Below the pieces are notes generated by a model. That model made no database searches. It saw only the letters and a program-made list of their open reading frames with translations, and was not told the origin of the DNA. The position numbers were made by a program, and so were the translations under genes. Positions 26,077 to 36,033 of a stretch of DNA of 45,329 nt are shown piece by piece; positions within the stretch are counted from its first letter, which is position 1, and each line of letters starts with the position of its first letter. The DNA comes from Bdellovibrionota bacterium (GTDB lineage Bacteria; Bdellovibrionota_C; UBA2361; JBIKWN01), in contig JBIKWN010000016.1 in NCBI GenBank assembly GCA_044356295.1, positions 1 to 45,329 on the forward strand, in the 5' to 3' direction.

Positions 26077-28368
26077 ATGAATTATATGAGGAAAGACGTT
26101 TCAGATGTATTAGCCGAAGAACAGGCAGATCCCGCAGTCTCTAAAATTAAAAACAACACTTTCAATCTCAATCATAAAACCCATCAAGAACTCAATCGCA
26201 TCATCGAAGAGAAAGATGCCTATATTAAGCTACTCGAAAAACGTTGCTCAGAGTTCGAATCAGTTGCTCGCGGAGTTTCGTCGCTTCGTTCTTGGCAGTT
26301 TCGTCAATTGATGTTATTCGAACCGTTTTCGTTGAAAAAAATCATTAAGATGGGTTCGCTCATTTTGGCAATGTTGCTAAAACCACCTGCCCAATTTATT
26401 TCAGCAAAATCGAAAAGCTTGATTCGAATTCTAAAGGGAACTGAGCGAGTAAAGAAAATCAAAGCTCAACATTGGCCAAAAGATCGTCCTTTAATCAGTA
26501 TTGTAATGCCGTCATTTAATTACGGACACTTTATAGATAGTGCTATTGAATCGGTCTTAGCGCAGACATTCACAGATTTCGAGCTCATTATCGTAGATTG
26601 TTCAACTGAACCCGATAGTATTAAAAAAGCTCAGGAAATAAATCATCCCAAAATAATAGTATTTTTTCGAGAAGGTCAGCATTTACTTGGAGATAATCGT
26701 AATTTTGGAATAGAAAAGGCAAGAGGTAAGTACATATGTACCCTTGATCCAGATGATAAATTGCTACCAACGTATCTCGAGAAGGCAGTTTTTCTGTTAG
26801 AAACAGAAGCACTGGATATCGTTTCACCTTCGTTACAAGAATTTGGTGAACAATCTCATACATGGAGAGTGCACCCACATCCATCACTTGATGAATTACT
26901 TGATTGTAATCGCATTGCAGTCGTAGCACTTTTTTCAAAGACGCTCTGGCGACAAGCCAAAGGGTATCATGACTATGGAATGGGTGCAGAGCATGTTCAT
27001 GAGGATTGGGATTTTTGGATCCGTATGGCAGCGTGTGGTGCAAGAATTCGAGGTATGCAGGAGCCACTACTTTTATACCGAAAACATTCATCAAGTATGA
27101 GTTCTCAAAAACAAATTCCATCTCTCAAAGAGCAAAGAGTAAAAATTGCTCATTTCAATCAAGATTTTCTATCTGAGAAGCAAAGACTAAAGTCTGAAAA
27201 AAGACGTAATCAAAAAATACAGGTCAGTGATGGAACAAAAAATCTGCTTCCTCTTAATGTAAAAAGTCCAGATAAAAAATCAATTCTTATTGCTCTTCCT
27301 TATCTTGTTGTCGGTGGGGTAGAAAAAAGATTTTTGGATATCTGTACATACTTAGTCCGTTTCGGATACCGGATAACTATTGTTACCACACTTCCTACTA
27401 ATTCGCATCAAGGAAGTACACTTGAATTGTTTCAATCTATTACAAAAGATATTTTTCAATTACCAAATTTCTTAACATCATCCGAAGAATATCAAAGATT
27501 TCTTGAATATCTAGTTCAATCAAGGAATCCCGAGGTGCTGATGCTTGCTGGCAGTAGTTTTACTGTTGAATTATTACCCGTTTTGAAACGACTTTCTCCA
27601 TCGATGAAAGTTATTGATAATCTTTATAACACTGAAGGGCATCTCCTATTAAACAGAAAATTTGATCAGTTTATTGATTGTACGGTTGTTGAAAACTCTG
27701 TCATTTCTGAAACCTTGATTTCTACATTTGGCGCAACGCCATCGACCATTGAACTTGTTGAAAATGGTGTTGATGTAAAAACATATACACCTGTATTAAA
27801 AGATCCTCTCCTAAACAGAAAACTTGTAGTTTCATTTATTGGAAGATTATCTCCTGAAAAAGCCCCAGATGTTTTTGTTCATATTGCAAAGGAGTGCCTC
27901 AAAAAAAATCACAATTTAAAGTTTATTCTTGCAGGTCCAGGACATTTAGAAGCCCAGATGAAACATTTCGTTCGAGCAAATGAATTAGAGAATCATATCG
28001 AGATAGTTGGAGCTATTTGTACAAAAGAATATTTAGCGCAAACAGACATCCTAGTGGTTCCTTCAAGAATCGACGGTAGACCGAATATTATTCTTGAAGC
28101 TTTTAGTATGGGAATTCCTGTCGTTGCGTCTGCGGTTGGAGGAATTTCAGACCTCATTAATCAATCCAACGCAGGGATCCTTTGTGAGCCTGAAAACTAT
28201 AAAGAGTTTGTTGATGCAGTTTGTAACTTGGCATCTCGTTTAGAGTATATCGAGCAATTATCGGTGCGCGCTAGAAAATATGCAGAAGAAAAACTCGATC
28301 TTGATATATCTAATGCGTCGCTTTTAAAAATCATTGAAGAAGTTACGCAGCCTCGTGCTTCCTTGTAG
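26077..28368 (+). CDS. Bifunctional glycosyltransferase (GT2 plus GT4/GT-B domains)
   Basis: ISIVMPSFNYGHFI..AIESVLAQT, LDPDD and EDWDFW (GT2); GGVE, FIGRLSPEK, PSRIDGRPNIILEAFSMGIPVVAS.VGG (GT4). Confidence 0.9.
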   Translation: MNYMRKDVSDVLAEEQADPAVSKIKNNTFNLNHKTHQELNRIIEEKDAYIKLLEKRCSEFESVARGVSSLRSWQFRQLMLFEPFSLKKIIKMGSLILAMLLKPPAQFISAKSKSLIRILKGTERVKKIKAQHWPKDRPLISIVMPSFNYGHFIDSAIESVLAQTFTDFELIIVDCSTEPDSIKKAQEINHPKIIVFFREGQHLLGDNRNFGIEKARGKYICTLDPDDKLLPTYLEKAVFLLETEALDIVSPSLQEFGEQSHTWRVHPHPSLDELLDCNRIAVVALFSKTLWRQAKGYHDYGMGAEHVHEDWDFWIRMAACGARIRGMQEPLLLYRKHSSSMSSQKQIPSLKEQRVKIAHFNQDFLSEKQRLKSEKRRNQKIQVSDGTKNLLPLNVKSPDKKSILIALPYLVVGGVEKRFLDICTYLVRFGYRITIVTTLPTNSHQGSTLELFQSITKDIFQLPNFLTSSEEYQRFLEYLVQSRNPEVLMLAGSSFTVELLPVLKRLSPSMKVIDNLYNTEGHLLLNRKFDQFIDCTVVENSVISETLISTFGATPSTIELVENGVDVKTYTPVLKDPLLNRKLVVSFIGRLSPEKAPDVFVHIAKECLKKNHNLKFILAGPGHLEAQMKHFVRANELENHIEIVGAICTKEYLAQTDILVVPSRIDGRPNIILEAFSMGIPVVASAVGGISDLINQSNAGILCEPENYKEFVDAVCNLASRLEYIEQLSVRARKYAEEKLDLDISNASLLKIIEEVTQPRASL

Positions 28369-28380
28369 AAAGTCTTTACT

Positions 28381-29136
28381 ATGTTGGCAGGTTTAGATAT
28401 TGAACAACATAAAAAAGAGATTCACCAAAATCTTTTATTTTGGCAAAAAAAAGCGTTATTAAGAAAAATTTATAAAGAGATTTATCAACAAATAAAGTCG
28501 TTCGTACTTCCCAAAGAAAATGGATTGATTGTTGAATTAGGTTCGGGAATCGGAAAAATTAAAGAGACCATCCCAGAATGTATCTGTACCGATATTTTTC
28601 CACATTCATGGATCGACCAGGTTGAAAATGCTTATTCATTAAGTTTTAAAGATCAAACAGTAGGGACAATTATATTGTCTGACGTATTCCATCACCTGCA
28701 GTATCCAGGTACAGCTTTGGCTGAGTTTCAGCGTATTTTGAGACCAAAAGGACGAGTCATTTTATTTGAACCATGCATGAGCGTTTTAGGTTTGCTCGTG
28801 TATGGATTGTGCCACCGTGAACCAATTGCAATATTTAAATCTATACAATGGCTGGCACCTAGTAATTGGAATTCTAAAAATGATTCTTACTATGCAGCGC
28901 AGGGGAATGCTTACAGAATATTTTATGGAGATTTACAAAAAGAAATAACTAGAGATTGGAATATTATTGTAAAGCAAAGAAGTTCAGCCTTAACCTATAT
29001 TGCTTCGGGAGGATATAGCGGGAGCGCTCTATATCCTCAACGTTTGTATTTTCTAGTCAAAGTATTAGAAAAAGTTTTTGACTTATTTCCAATATTTTTT
29101 GCTTGCAGACTTATGATCGTTCTTGAGAAACGTTAG
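28381..29136 (+). CDS. Class I SAM-dependent methyltransferase
   Basis: IVELGSGIG, LSFKDQTV, DVFHHL, RILRPKGRVILFEP. Confidence 0.88.
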   Translation: MLAGLDIEQHKKEIHQNLLFWQKKALLRKIYKEIYQQIKSFVLPKENGLIVELGSGIGKIKETIPECICTDIFPHSWIDQVENAYSLSFKDQTVGTIILSDVFHHLQYPGTALAEFQRILRPKGRVILFEPCMSVLGLLVYGLCHREPIAIFKSIQWLAPSNWNSKNDSYYAAQGNAYRIFYGDLQKEITRDWNIIVKQRSSALTYIASGGYSGSALYPQRLYFLVKVLEKVFDLFPIFFACRLMIVLEKR

Positions 29137-30466
29137 AAGTTTTACCTAACTTAGCTCTAAAAAAACCAATTAACGTCATCTTGAGGAGCATAAAACCATG
29201 ACGGAATCTATTGATATTTGTTGATCCATAGGTTCGGTCGCGGTACCGAATCGGGACATCAATAATTCCAAGTGCAAGAATTGAAGCTGGGAATAAAAGT
29301 TCAAAATCTCCAAATGGATCGAAATCACCAAAATCATCTCTCCAATTAATGAAACGTGAGTAGTCGTGTCTTGTAAGAAGTTTCGTGCCACAAAGCGAGT
29401 CTGAAAGATTAACACCGAGTACGAAACTTAATGCTTTAGCAAAAAAGACGTTTCCTAAATGATTCAGAGGCCGCATAGCTTCCCCCTCCATTGGATAAGT
29501 GAGTCGGCTACCATTAATAAAATCCGCTAATCCTTCAACATAAGGATCGTAAAATCGGTGAAGTAGTTCAGGAGGCATGGTGAGATCAGCATCAAGAATT
29601 GTTAATAGGTCCCCTGAAGCCTTACTGAAACCCAACCTAACGGCATCACTTTTACCTTTGCCTGTTTGTTGGAATGCTAAAATTTTGTACCGATCTGAAT
29701 AAAGTGGCATGACTCGTTGTATCTCTTCCCAAGTGCCATCTTTTGAATGCCCCTCTACGAATATAATTTCTAGTTTTGAATCACTCACTGTTGGCATTCG
29801 TTTTAAAGCATCTTCAATATTGCCTCGCTCATTTCGTGCCGGGATTACAATTGAGAGCGACGGTTTTTTAACTTCAGGAATGATTGGACGAAGTGTGATA
29901 ATCGCAGCTAATCCGAACCATTTTGCAATTGGAATAATTGGGAGTACTGCATTAATAAGATCACCGAGTCCAAAAAGAGGGAATGGAAAATATGCCGTCG
30001 GGCGAATACGAACGACTTCATATCCAGCAAGTTTTGCAATATTGGCAAGTGAAGTATGTGTTACAAATGTCGTGGGTACTTCGCCTGTTCGAATGCCAAG
30101 TTTATTTGCTAGTGAATAAATGGAACGAAGATAAGGATTGTACGCAACAAGAGTAATCCTTGAACCTCGATTTAGTTTTGATTTGATTTCCGTGAGCGTT
30201 CCAGAGATGTCGTGATCGTAATTTATATTGCCATTTAAAAGAATCATTGTTCGGTGGTTCGGAACATTAGCAATGCTGTTCACTTCTTCGATAGATTGTG
30301 CGGTGGATTTCTTTTTACAAGTAAGAGAATTCAAGAGCATACCAGAATCATGAGTTCTTGGTTTCCATTGGATTATTTGGTCGGAATAGCGAGATAGAGT
30401 GTTTATCTCTGCGACGAGGAGGCTGTTAACATAGCTACGCCAAGAAGGGTTAGGAGTGTTGCTCAT
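29111..30466 (-). CDS. GT2 glycosyltransferase (polyprenol-phosphate glycosyltransferase-like) with a degenerate methyltransferase-like N-terminal domain
   Basis: SIVIPARNERGNI, EIIFVEGHSKDGT, GKSDAVRLGF, ILDADLT, DSLCGTK, DPFGDFELL, VPIRYRDRTYG. Confidence 0.88.
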   Translation of the reverse strand: MSNTPNPSWRSYVNSLLVAEINTLSRYSDQIIQWKPRTHDSGMLLNSLTCKKKSTAQSIEEVNSIANVPNHRTMILLNGNINYDHDISGTLTEIKSKLNRGSRITLVAYNPYLRSIYSLANKLGIRTGEVPTTFVTHTSLANIAKLAGYEVVRIRPTAYFPFPLFGLGDLINAVLPIIPIAKWFGLAAIITLRPIIPEVKKPSLSIVIPARNERGNIEDALKRMPTVSDSKLEIIFVEGHSKDGTWEEIQRVMPLYSDRYKILAFQQTGKGKSDAVRLGFSKASGDLLTILDADLTMPPELLHRFYDPYVEGLADFINGSRLTYPMEGEAMRPLNHLGNVFFAKALSFVLGVNLSDSLCGTKLLTRHDYSRFINWRDDFGDFDPFGDFELLFPASILALGIIDVPIRYRDRTYGSTNINRFRHGFMLLKMTLIGFFRAKLGKTSNVSQERS

Positions 30467-30687
30467 GAAGAGTATTTAGATTTGATTGAGATATATTCTT
30501 TAATAGATACTGTCTATTTTACATATTTTGTTTTTATTTACTATTTAGTCCGGTTACCGAAAAGTAGGTAGCTACATTAGTCTGTTGAACATCTAAGAAC
30601 TTGAAATTACTGCTTTTAATGCAATTATCTGGCACAGTTCTTTATAAAGTTATGCGTTACACAAATCTTACATAACAATGTCAACTA

Positions 30688-31914
30688 TTGTATTATAGTC
30701 GCTTATCAAACAGTTTTCTTATTCTCATTATAAATTTTATGCTTATTACTACAGTTAAACCTAAATTCGAAGAAATGAAAATTCAGCTTGGTATGGAAAT
30801 ACCAAGTTACTCATGTGTTATGGGGAGAGCAGAAACTAATTCCTTAACTGTCAACGGATATATCGACCCTTTGGAGCTTTTAAAATCAAAACTATCCCCG
30901 ACTGCAGATAGTGGAGTTCTCGAGAGAATCCAGACACTCTTAGTCGAAGCACAAAAACATTATGATCAGAATGGAAATCTTTTAAATCCAAATGATCCAG
31001 AGGTTAAGGCACTAGGTTTGCCAGGAAAAAACGGAAAAATTTTGACATTGCCCCAAGCAGAGCTTTGTTTAGGATCAGTCAATCAAGAAAGCATGCCAAG
31101 TTTTGAAAGGGATCTACGTGGAGAACTTGTATTAACAGATTATCTTATTAATTGGGCATTTCAAAAAGTAGGCAAGGAACTAGCTGCTGAATCTGATGGA
31201 ATTCTTTTTTCATCTGATAGTAAAAAACTTCAGTCATGCTCTGTTGGAAGCGTTAATGTAAGCCTTACTGCTTTTGTTGAATTTCAAGGTAACTTTTATC
31301 TCCTTGGTCATAAAAAATCTGGTGACATCATGGTTCAACCAGGACAGGTACATGGATCCCTTTTACCGGGTGGTATCTTTGGTGGACATATGACTGACAT
31401 TGGAAGCCATCTACAAGAAGACGGGAAACTCCCAATTGCAGCCCTTAGTGAAGCACTCCCACACCACGCAGCAAGTAAATGGGGAATTTCTAAAGAGCAA
31501 TTTGAGTCTGGTATTGTTATGGATAGAGACAATCCAATCATTATCTCTGAGCTTGTTGAGTTGGGATATTTCCAATTTGGCTATATTGCAAAATCAATTG
31601 ATCCAGCACTTCTTGAAGAGATGTTGTTAAAAGAGAGTTCCAAAGACCCATCTTTAAAAATGACTGAACTTGTACTTATTCCTGTTGGGAACAATCATGA
31701 TCAAGAACAAATGTGGACAGTAACAGCAGCTAAGGATGAAGCAGGTGCTCACTTGGTAATGACTCCGCATGATGTTATTAATCCTGACTCGTTCGTGGGA
31801 TATGCTCGCGCTATTCGTGATGCAGCAGCGCGTGATGGTTGGTTTGGACAAGTGATACAGAATAATGCTCTTTCACTAGAAAAAGGGCTGCCTGTTAAAC
31901 TTAAGATCGCTTAA
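30688..31914 (+). CDS. Hypothetical protein (start codon uncertain; possible degenerate Nudix-like fold)
   Basis: Long ORF. The segment NVSLTAFVE...YLLGHKKS...GGHM...HHAASKWGIS has Nudix-like topology but no catalytic Glu residues. Confidence 0.6.
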   Translation: MYYSRLSNSFLILIINFMLITTVKPKFEEMKIQLGMEIPSYSCVMGRAETNSLTVNGYIDPLELLKSKLSPTADSGVLERIQTLLVEAQKHYDQNGNLLNPNDPEVKALGLPGKNGKILTLPQAELCLGSVNQESMPSFERDLRGELVLTDYLINWAFQKVGKELAAESDGILFSSDSKKLQSCSVGSVNVSLTAFVEFQGNFYLLGHKKSGDIMVQPGQVHGSLLPGGIFGGHMTDIGSHLQEDGKLPIAALSEALPHHAASKWGISKEQFESGIVMDRDNPIIISELVELGYFQFGYIAKSIDPALLEEMLLKESSKDPSLKMTELVLIPVGNNHDQEQMWTVTAAKDEAGAHLVMTPHDVINPDSFVGYARAIRDAAARDGWFGQVIQNNALSLEKGLPVKLKIA

Positions 31915-32842
31915 GGGTAAATACCGTCACTTCAGGTGGGCAATTAAACCTCACAGGAAGCTCAACCCATCCAATGCCTCTGGATGTATAAAATTTTGAA
32001 TTACCGTACTCGACTAATCCTTCACCGTACCGTGTATCGGTAATATTGTAAGCAAGTGCACCAACATAGGGCAGTTTAATCTGTCCTGCATGAGTATGTC
32101 CGCATAGTGCGAGTTGAAACTCAATTTTTTCTTTGTGATACACAAAAGAAGCGAAATCAGGATTATGTGTTAAAAGTATTCGAAAGTTATTTTTATTTTT
32201 TTTAAATTGCGGATTTTTAGGAATTCCAGTCCAAAGGTCTTCGCTTCCAAATATTTCAATTGTTGACTTGCCAATTTGTATAGTTGCAGTTTGATTAAGA
32301 AGCAGCTGTGTCTGGCTTTTTTGTGATAGTATTTTGTAAGCATCATAGTTACTCCATCTATCATGATTTCCGAGTACTGAATAAACACCATCACGAAACG
32401 AATGCGAACGAATCATTCGTGATAATTCATGAAAAACCAGTTCACCAAGCTCTTCGTCAGTACCATGTTCGTACTTTCTGTTAATAAAGGAGTCACTCAA
32501 CCCAGCATGATTATCGGGAACCCAAATAAGATCACCACCAAGAAGTAATGCTTGCGAATTATTACTTGCTGCCAGAGCCAAAGCTTCTTCTACAACTTCA
32601 TCTTTGAGCCAACCGCCTAGGTGAATATCGCTCATAAAAGAAAAAGTGTATCCAATTAAATCTTCTGGAAGATCTGAAAAAAATAATTCAACTTTTTCTA
32701 AGTGAATACCATTAGGGGATATTATTTTATTATCAGGTACTGAGAAAAAAGTTTCGATTGAACTTGCCGATGCTGCCGCAGGTGCAAGTATACCAGCAGC
32801 TGTTGGAATAAATTTTAGAAGATCTCTTCTCGAGCATTTCAT
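31901..32842 (-). CDS. Metallophosphoesterase (YkuE/YaeI-like) with a twin-arginine signal
   Basis: SDIHLG, GGDL, VLGNHD, LTHNPD, CGHTHAGQI, TSRGIG. Start moved to the ATG at 32842 (MKCSRRDLLKF, a Tat motif), which removes the overlap with the upstream gene. Confidence 0.9.
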   Translation of the reverse strand: MKCSRRDLLKFIPTAAGILAPAAASASSIETFFSVPDNKIISPNGIHLEKVELFFSDLPEDLIGYTFSFMSDIHLGGWLKDEVVEEALALAASNNSQALLLGGDLIWVPDNHAGLSDSFINRKYEHGTDEELGELVFHELSRMIRSHSFRDGVYSVLGNHDRWSNYDAYKILSQKSQTQLLLNQTATIQIGKSTIEIFGSEDLWTGIPKNPQFKKNKNNFRILLTHNPDFASFVYHKEKIEFQLALCGHTHAGQIKLPYVGALAYNITDTRYGEGLVEYGNSKFYTSRGIGWVELPVRFNCPPEVTVFTLKRS

Positions 32843-32849
32843 ATAAAAA

Positions 32850-33338
32850 TTATTTCGCTCTACGGTGGATCCAAATTGTTCTTGTTCGAGCGCTTCGTAC
32901 AGCTTTTGCCCAACCGCCAGTTTTAATCCAGTGTTCAAACGCTTTCATTTTTGGGTGTTGTTGTTCAAGTTTTTTAAATTCATGTCCGTGCCACTGACGT
33001 TTACGATTACGGACAGGAATGTTTTCACCAAGAATCGAGTGACACATTTCATGGTAGAGGAGGGGTTCTAACCATTGATAATGCTCTGGATGATTTAATT
33101 CTGAAGCGACTCGAACCTTTTTTTGTTTAATTGAAACTGAGGCTAGAACTCTTTTTTGTTTTCGGCGGCTCCATAAAATTTCAACCTCATCAATATCAGG
33201 TCGATCGGGAAAGAATTCTTTACGAACATTGAGCCAAATGGAAAGAAGGAATTCGTCAGAACCTTTTTTTTGCCTGTGGACTTTTGCCGTTGTTCGGCTT
33301 CGAAATAGAGAAAGAAATGGCAATAATGATAACTGCAT
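32850..33338 (-). CDS. SprT-like zinc metalloprotease domain protein
   Basis: WSRRKQKR.LAS, LLYHEMCH (HExxH), WHGHEFK. Confidence 0.8.
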   Translation of the reverse strand: MQLSLLPFLSLFRSRTTAKVHRQKKGSDEFLLSIWLNVRKEFFPDRPDIDEVEILWSRRKQKRVLASVSIKQKKVRVASELNHPEHYQWLEPLLYHEMCHSILGENIPVRNRKRQWHGHEFKKLEQQHPKMKAFEHWIKTGGWAKAVRSARTRTIWIHRRAK

Positions 33339-33464
33339 AAAAGGGGTATTCTATGAATATAGATTGCTTCGAAAAATACTGAAAGTTCAACATCTTGCCT
33401 CTGCTGACTTGACTTCAAAAATGAGGTGGTTAGACTACCGTGGGTGATTTGTTGTGCCCCAATA

Positions 33465-33507
33465 AGTTCACCAAAAGACATGCGAGTTTAGCTCAGTTGG
33501 CTAGAGC
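33465..33507 (+). repeat. 43-bp direct repeat: tRNA-Gly leader plus 5' acceptor strand and D-arm (truncated tRNA copy)
   Basis: AGTTCACCAAAAGACATGCGAGTTTAGCTCAGTTGGCTAGAGC is identical at 33465-33507 and 33590-33632. Confidence 0.9.
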
Positions 33508-33606
33508 TCGCGTACTTCGCGCAAGCGAAGGGAGCTAAGAAAGCTGTCTTGCCAAGGTTCCTTGGCAGGAGAGTTTGATGAGTTCAATGAGTTCACCAAA
33601 AGACAT

Positions 33607-33683
33607 GCGAGTTTAGCTCAGTTGGCTAGAGCGCTTCCTTGCCAAGGAAGAGGCCGAGGGTTCGAATCCCTTAACTCGCTCCA
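33607..33683 (+). tRNA. tRNA-Gly (anticodon GCC), CCA encoded
   Basis: GCGAGTT TA GCTC..GAGC G CTTCC-TTGCCAA-GGAAG AGGCC GAGGG-TTCGAAT-CCCTT AACTCGC T CCA. Confidence 0.96.
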
Positions 33684-33832
33684 TGTTTTCCCTTCGGGGA
33701 GTTTGCCGCTGGCAAACGAAAGGCCCTTCGCGAAGTTTCCTAGCAATGACCAATCACCGTTATAATTTCAATCTTCCCTCTACTTAAACTTCCGCCAATC
33801 TACTTTACAAAGTAGGATCACCCCACGGATAT

Positions 33833-35851
33833 ATGCACTGTATTGGTGATAAGGTAGAGCGACTAGCGATTCTTGCAACCGCCACATCAGTGATTGGCGG
33901 GTTACCAGCTATTGCACCTGCGCAAACTTTGTCAGGATTTCAAGACCAATCTCTTTCGTACTCAAGCTTTTCTAATTCTGAACAGTATCGACGACAAAAA
34001 ATGTTAGCTGATATTGGTTTGGCAGAGCAGCCTACGTTTTTTAATCTTCTGCCAGGAAAAAAATTAGAGTTTTCTTTTGGTAAGCAAGCATTGTTTTCAA
34101 TGTCTGAAAATAAAAATTCATTTGCGTTTACATCAAAAAATTTCAATGCTGGATATGATACCTTAAAATTCAAAGGTAAATCATCGTTAAACCAAATTGC
34201 ACTGCAAACTCAGTTTGGATTCGGAGCGTCAAAGCTCTCCTTCGGGGGATTCCGAGTTGGTGATGAAAAAAGTAGCATCGACCGTCAATCATTTGCATTA
34301 TCAAACGGATCTAGTTTCTCTTTAAAAGCAGAGCGTACCTCTATTGATAAAGAATTTAACCGCATCGCTGACCTTCCAAACGCCACTCCAGAAGAAAAAA
34401 AGAAGTTTGAGCAAGAAAGAGGTTTTGAGCGGAGTGATATCTCTGCCAGTTTTAATCCAACAAAAGGGCTCTCGTTTTCTACCGATAGATATAACTCAGA
34501 TAGTAAGGACAGTGGACTTTCTCGTACTGGATACCGAGACTTTGGGTCGCTTTCATTTGGTGGAAATGGAGCAGTTTCCTTTCTCAATGAAGGTTCAGAA
34601 AGCTCAGATAATGGAACTAGTCTTAATAAAAGAAGTCGTCAACTGTTCTCGTTCGGATTAAATTCAAAAAATCTTTCGTTTTCAGGAAATCATGATGTTC
34701 AATCATCCTCTTCGCCAGGTAATGATAGCAAAGTAACAACAACTGGTTTTGGACTTAGTAGCCAAGGCAAATTGCCATTCAAAGCATTTGTTGAGAACAA
34801 ATCTATCTCAGCGAATTCTTTTCAAGAAAACACAAAATTGATTGATTTTCAGATTCAACCTACAAAGTCAGTAGCATTGCATGCTCGTTTGGTTGATACG
34901 GATCGAAACCAAGGTGAATCTTCAAAGTTATCTGTTATAGATTGGTCTGCCGCAGTGACTTCAAAAATTAATTTTTCAGGAGTAGTTACTAATTTTAGTT
35001 CAGACCAAGGAAATGATCTTTCAGTCAATCATTTTAAACTTCAAGGTGAAATTGCTAAAGGTTATCAATTTTTAGCTATGCAAGAATCACAAAACGGTGA
35101 AAGGTTTGGTTCGAGGCAGATTACCGACCTATCTTTTTCAACCCCCAACATTACTTCCGTAAAACCTTTCTCGTCACTATCTTTTAGTGCAAGAAATTAT
35201 ACATCAGAATTAAATGGTGCAGAGGAAAGTCATATCACTTCTTTCAATCTATCAGCTCAAACAAAATCACTTCGCATTCAAGCAGAGCATCTTGATTTAA
35301 AAACTCCATCTAGCTACACCAAACGTGAACAAGGAATTACAATTTCAAATATTCCAAAACCGACCGATAAAGTTACTGCTTCAGTGCAATATAAAACACG
35401 AGAAGTATCACAAAATGATTCAGCACCAAGAACAATAAATTCTACCATAGAATATAAAGCAAGTTCGAATTCAAAGTTGGGTATCAAATATTCTTTACAT
35501 CCTGAAAATGAAAAACGAGAACCACTTCAACGCAGTGATTTTGATCTGACGTATCGTCAAGATTCAAAAGATGTAAGTCTGAATGCTTCCATCGGACAAA
35601 GTTATGATTATGCACAGGACTTTCGATCGACCCGACTGCAAGTTGGCATGTCGAGTAAGTTTAAAGATGGCTCAAAGCTCGATGCCATGATTGGTGGTTC
35701 TTTAGAAAATAGACATACGTTAGAACGCTTTACTCCATTAATGGGAGTATCCTACGAACGAAAAATTTCCGCAGATGATTTTATAAATCTACAAACTGCT
35801 TTTAACGAAAGAGGATGGCAATTTAAGTTAAGTGCCTCGCGTAGATTTTAG
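33833..35851 (+). CDS. Exported beta-strand-rich protein, probable outer-membrane beta-barrel
   Basis: Signal peptide (APA-Q), many amphipathic strands rich in S/F/T, C-terminal WQFKLSASRRF ending in Phe. Confidence 0.65.
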   Translation: MHCIGDKVERLAILATATSVIGGLPAIAPAQTLSGFQDQSLSYSSFSNSEQYRRQKMLADIGLAEQPTFFNLLPGKKLEFSFGKQALFSMSENKNSFAFTSKNFNAGYDTLKFKGKSSLNQIALQTQFGFGASKLSFGGFRVGDEKSSIDRQSFALSNGSSFSLKAERTSIDKEFNRIADLPNATPEEKKKFEQERGFERSDISASFNPTKGLSFSTDRYNSDSKDSGLSRTGYRDFGSLSFGGNGAVSFLNEGSESSDNGTSLNKRSRQLFSFGLNSKNLSFSGNHDVQSSSSPGNDSKVTTTGFGLSSQGKLPFKAFVENKSISANSFQENTKLIDFQIQPTKSVALHARLVDTDRNQGESSKLSVIDWSAAVTSKINFSGVVTNFSSDQGNDLSVNHFKLQGEIAKGYQFLAMQESQNGERFGSRQITDLSFSTPNITSVKPFSSLSFSARNYTSELNGAEESHITSFNLSAQTKSLRIQAEHLDLKTPSSYTKREQGITISNIPKPTDKVTASVQYKTREVSQNDSAPRTINSTIEYKASSNSKLGIKYSLHPENEKREPLQRSDFDLTYRQDSKDVSLNASIGQSYDYAQDFRSTRLQVGMSSKFKDGSKLDAMIGGSLENRHTLERFTPLMGVSYERKISADDFINLQTAFNERGWQFKLSASRRF

Positions 35852-36007
35852 GATAGGGCTTAAGACATTCACAAAGCTTTAAATGAAAGAATATTTCAGA
35901 TTCTGACTTAACACCCTGAAACTACAGTACAAGTAGTATTTAATCATCTCTAAAATCAATCAAATATAGGCCCAGATCCTAAATATTATCGGAACTAAAC
36001 CCGAAGA

Positions 36008-36032
36008 TTCCCTAGATAAGTGTTCTAGGGAA
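36008..36032 (+). promoter_or_regulatory. Hairpin covering the ribosome-binding region of the 2000-aa gene
   Basis: TTCCCTAGA-TAAGTGT-TCTAGGGAA, a 9-bp perfect stem ending 1 nt before the ATG at 36034. Confidence 0.4.
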
Positions 36033-36033
36033 A

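Noticed and set aside
32843..32938. N-terminal extension of the metallophosphoesterase in the ORF track
   Set aside because: It overlaps the SprT-like gene; the ATG at 32842 gives a proper Tat signal and a 7-bp gap.
33143..33765. Short ORFs 33143-33481, 33229-33447 and 33562-33765
   Set aside because: They overlap the SprT-like gene, the tRNA promoter region or the tRNA-Gly itself, and have no coding features.
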